Assembly (NCBI GenBank): GCA_004764695.1
Contig: SMSO01000037.1
Location: 224,747 to 288,746 of the forward strand
Length of the DNA: 64,000 nt
From: Schizochytrium sp. TIO01
Lineage: Eukaryota; Protista; Bigyra: Labyrinthulomycetes
Direction: 5' to 3'
Shown: positions 62,792 to 64,000 of the stretch, piece by piece
How the letters are laid out: every line of letters begins with the position of its first letter
Position numbering within the stretch: the stretch's first letter is position 1
Made by a program: the position numbers and the translations under genes
The notes under the pieces: generated by a model
Database searches by the model: none
What the model was told of the DNA's origin: nothing
The model's input: only the letters and a program-made list of their open reading frames with translations

Positions 62792-64000
62792 ATGGAGACA
62801 ATGATCAAGACAGAGTACATGGGCATCCGTGAACCGCTTGATGCCGATGTTGATGCAATGCTCAAGGAATCGTTTTTGTCCGATGACGAGGTTCTTGGCC
62901 TCGGATTGCAGCTTGTGAAGATGGAGGACGAAAGCCACCACGACGAGAACGATGATGATGATCTTTTGGATCTTGACGCCGCGCAGATGATGGACCTCGA
63001 GCTCCCACCACTGATGGACTCAACGACTTCGTTCGTAGACCAGATCGACTTCTCACCAGCCAACGAAAGGAGAATTGGAGAGAAGAACAAGCGCAGGAGC
63101 AACAGCTTTTCACACGAAGATTCTGTCGCATACACAGCTGCGCCTTTGCCTCCTGCTTCGGTTTCGAGAACAACCACCACCAAGGGTGGCGTAAACCGAT
63201 CCCTTTTGCAAGACCAGGTTCACTCAATCGTGAAACAAGAGCCTGATACCGAGGAGCAACAGCCGCCTCGTGCTGCCCTGACAAGCGACCTCAATGCTCT
63301 TTCGAACCCAAGCTCTCGTCAGAATGAGTTCATGCGTGTGACTTCGCAGCCTCCTCTCGAGGTTCGTACTCGCACCAAGAACGAGAACCGCACCTTCGGC
63401 TGCGAGGTTCAGGTTCTTCGCATTCCGGATCCTGCAAACGCAAAGGCTAGCGTGGAGTTATGCTATGCTACCGACACCAGCGTCATCATCTCTACAATGG
63501 GCGGCACTCTTACTCGTCCTGTGGCCAAGGGTCGTGTCACGTTTGACGACCTCAGTGTCAGTGTGGCCTCCCCCAAACACGCAGAGAAAGAGTTTGTGCT
63601 TAAGGTTACCCTTGCCGGTGCTCCCGACCACCCTGTGTACTCAACGCCTTTCTATGCTTATTCCCACAAGAGCGTCTTGAAGCGTCGCCGTGAGGTATCT
63701 CTTCGTGCTGCTAGCCACAATGTTGTTTCCGCTCGCGGTGGCGAAGACATGCACGTCGTTGGTCTCCCCTTTGTGCGATCTGACCGCCTTCAAGTCGTCT
63801 TCCGCGTGCACAAAAGACACTGCTCGGATTGCCTCGAAAGCGTCCAGGCAGAGAGCTCCATGCACGGTGCAACAAACCCCAATGAAGACTGGTTTTCCAT
63901 TCGAGCTACAGACCTTGAGTTCTTTTCAGAGAGCGTACTCTTCTTCCGCACTCCTACCGTCTTTGCCAACACCACACAAGATGTACCATGTTCTCTTCAA
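62792..64000 (+). CDS. Putative transcription factor with Rel/STAT-like Ig-fold DNA-binding domain plus IPT/TIG domain (3' truncated by window end)
   Basis: Translated by hand: 403 codons open from ATG 62792 (METMIKTEYMG...) to the window edge. Acidic N-terminus, then MRVTSQPPLEVRTRTK...VTFDDLSV...FVLKVTL...VYSTPFYAYSHK, then GGEDMHVVGLPF...LQVVF...W...SVLFFRTP (IPT-like). The CDS itself is well supported; the family assignment is less certain. Confidence 0.8.
   Translation, partial: METMIKTEYMGIREPLDADVDAMLKESFLSDDEVLGLGLQLVKMEDESHHDENDDDDLLDLDAAQMMDLELPPLMDSTTSFVDQIDFSPANERRIGEKNKRRSNSFSHEDSVAYTAAPLPPASVSRTTTTKGGVNRSLLQDQVHSIVKQEPDTEEQQPPRAALTSDLNALSNPSSRQNEFMRVTSQPPLEVRTRTKNENRTFGCEVQVLRIPDPANAKASVELCYATDTSVIISTMGGTLTRPVAKGRVTFDDLSVSVASPKHAEKEFVLKVTLAGAPDHPVYSTPFYAYSHKSVLKRRREVSLRAASHNVVSARGGEDMHVVGLPFVRSDRLQVVFRVHKRHCSDCLESVQAESSMHGATNPNEDWFSIRATDLEFFSESVLFFRTPTVFANTTQDVPCSLQ

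Overview
Eukaryotic nuclear DNA, most plausibly a flagellated protist such as a thraustochytrid/labyrinthulomycete stramenopile. That assignment is inferred from intronless genes, microsatellite-rich intergenic DNA, and AP2 and CCDC148 genes. The window has three parts. (1) 1-43.3 kb has no recognisable gene. It is built from AT-rich islands, TAC/TAG-rich motif clusters and many 4-16 bp tandem repeats, and it lies upstream of an AP2-domain transcription factor (43372-45336). (2) 46.7-56.5 kb is a compact, repeat-poor block of alternating-strand intronless genes: GPATCH1/TOUGH-like, FBXO21-like F-box/SirB1, CCDC148-like and DNA ligase IV. (3) A second repeat-rich spacer of about 6.3 kb precedes an ORF that runs off the window end (62792->64000) and is missing from the ORF track. 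Its translation reads as an acidic, SUMO-site-bearing N-terminus, then a Rel/STAT/velvet-like Ig-fold domain, then an NF-kB/NFAT-like IPT domain. Best leads: this Rel-homology-like factor, a minisatellite at 16.5-16.9 kb that is antisense to the AP2 gene's upstream leader, and a 26-bp-stem hairpin at 12.5 kb. I recognised no tRNA, rRNA, CRISPR array or intact transposon. All calls are by eye; no searches were run.
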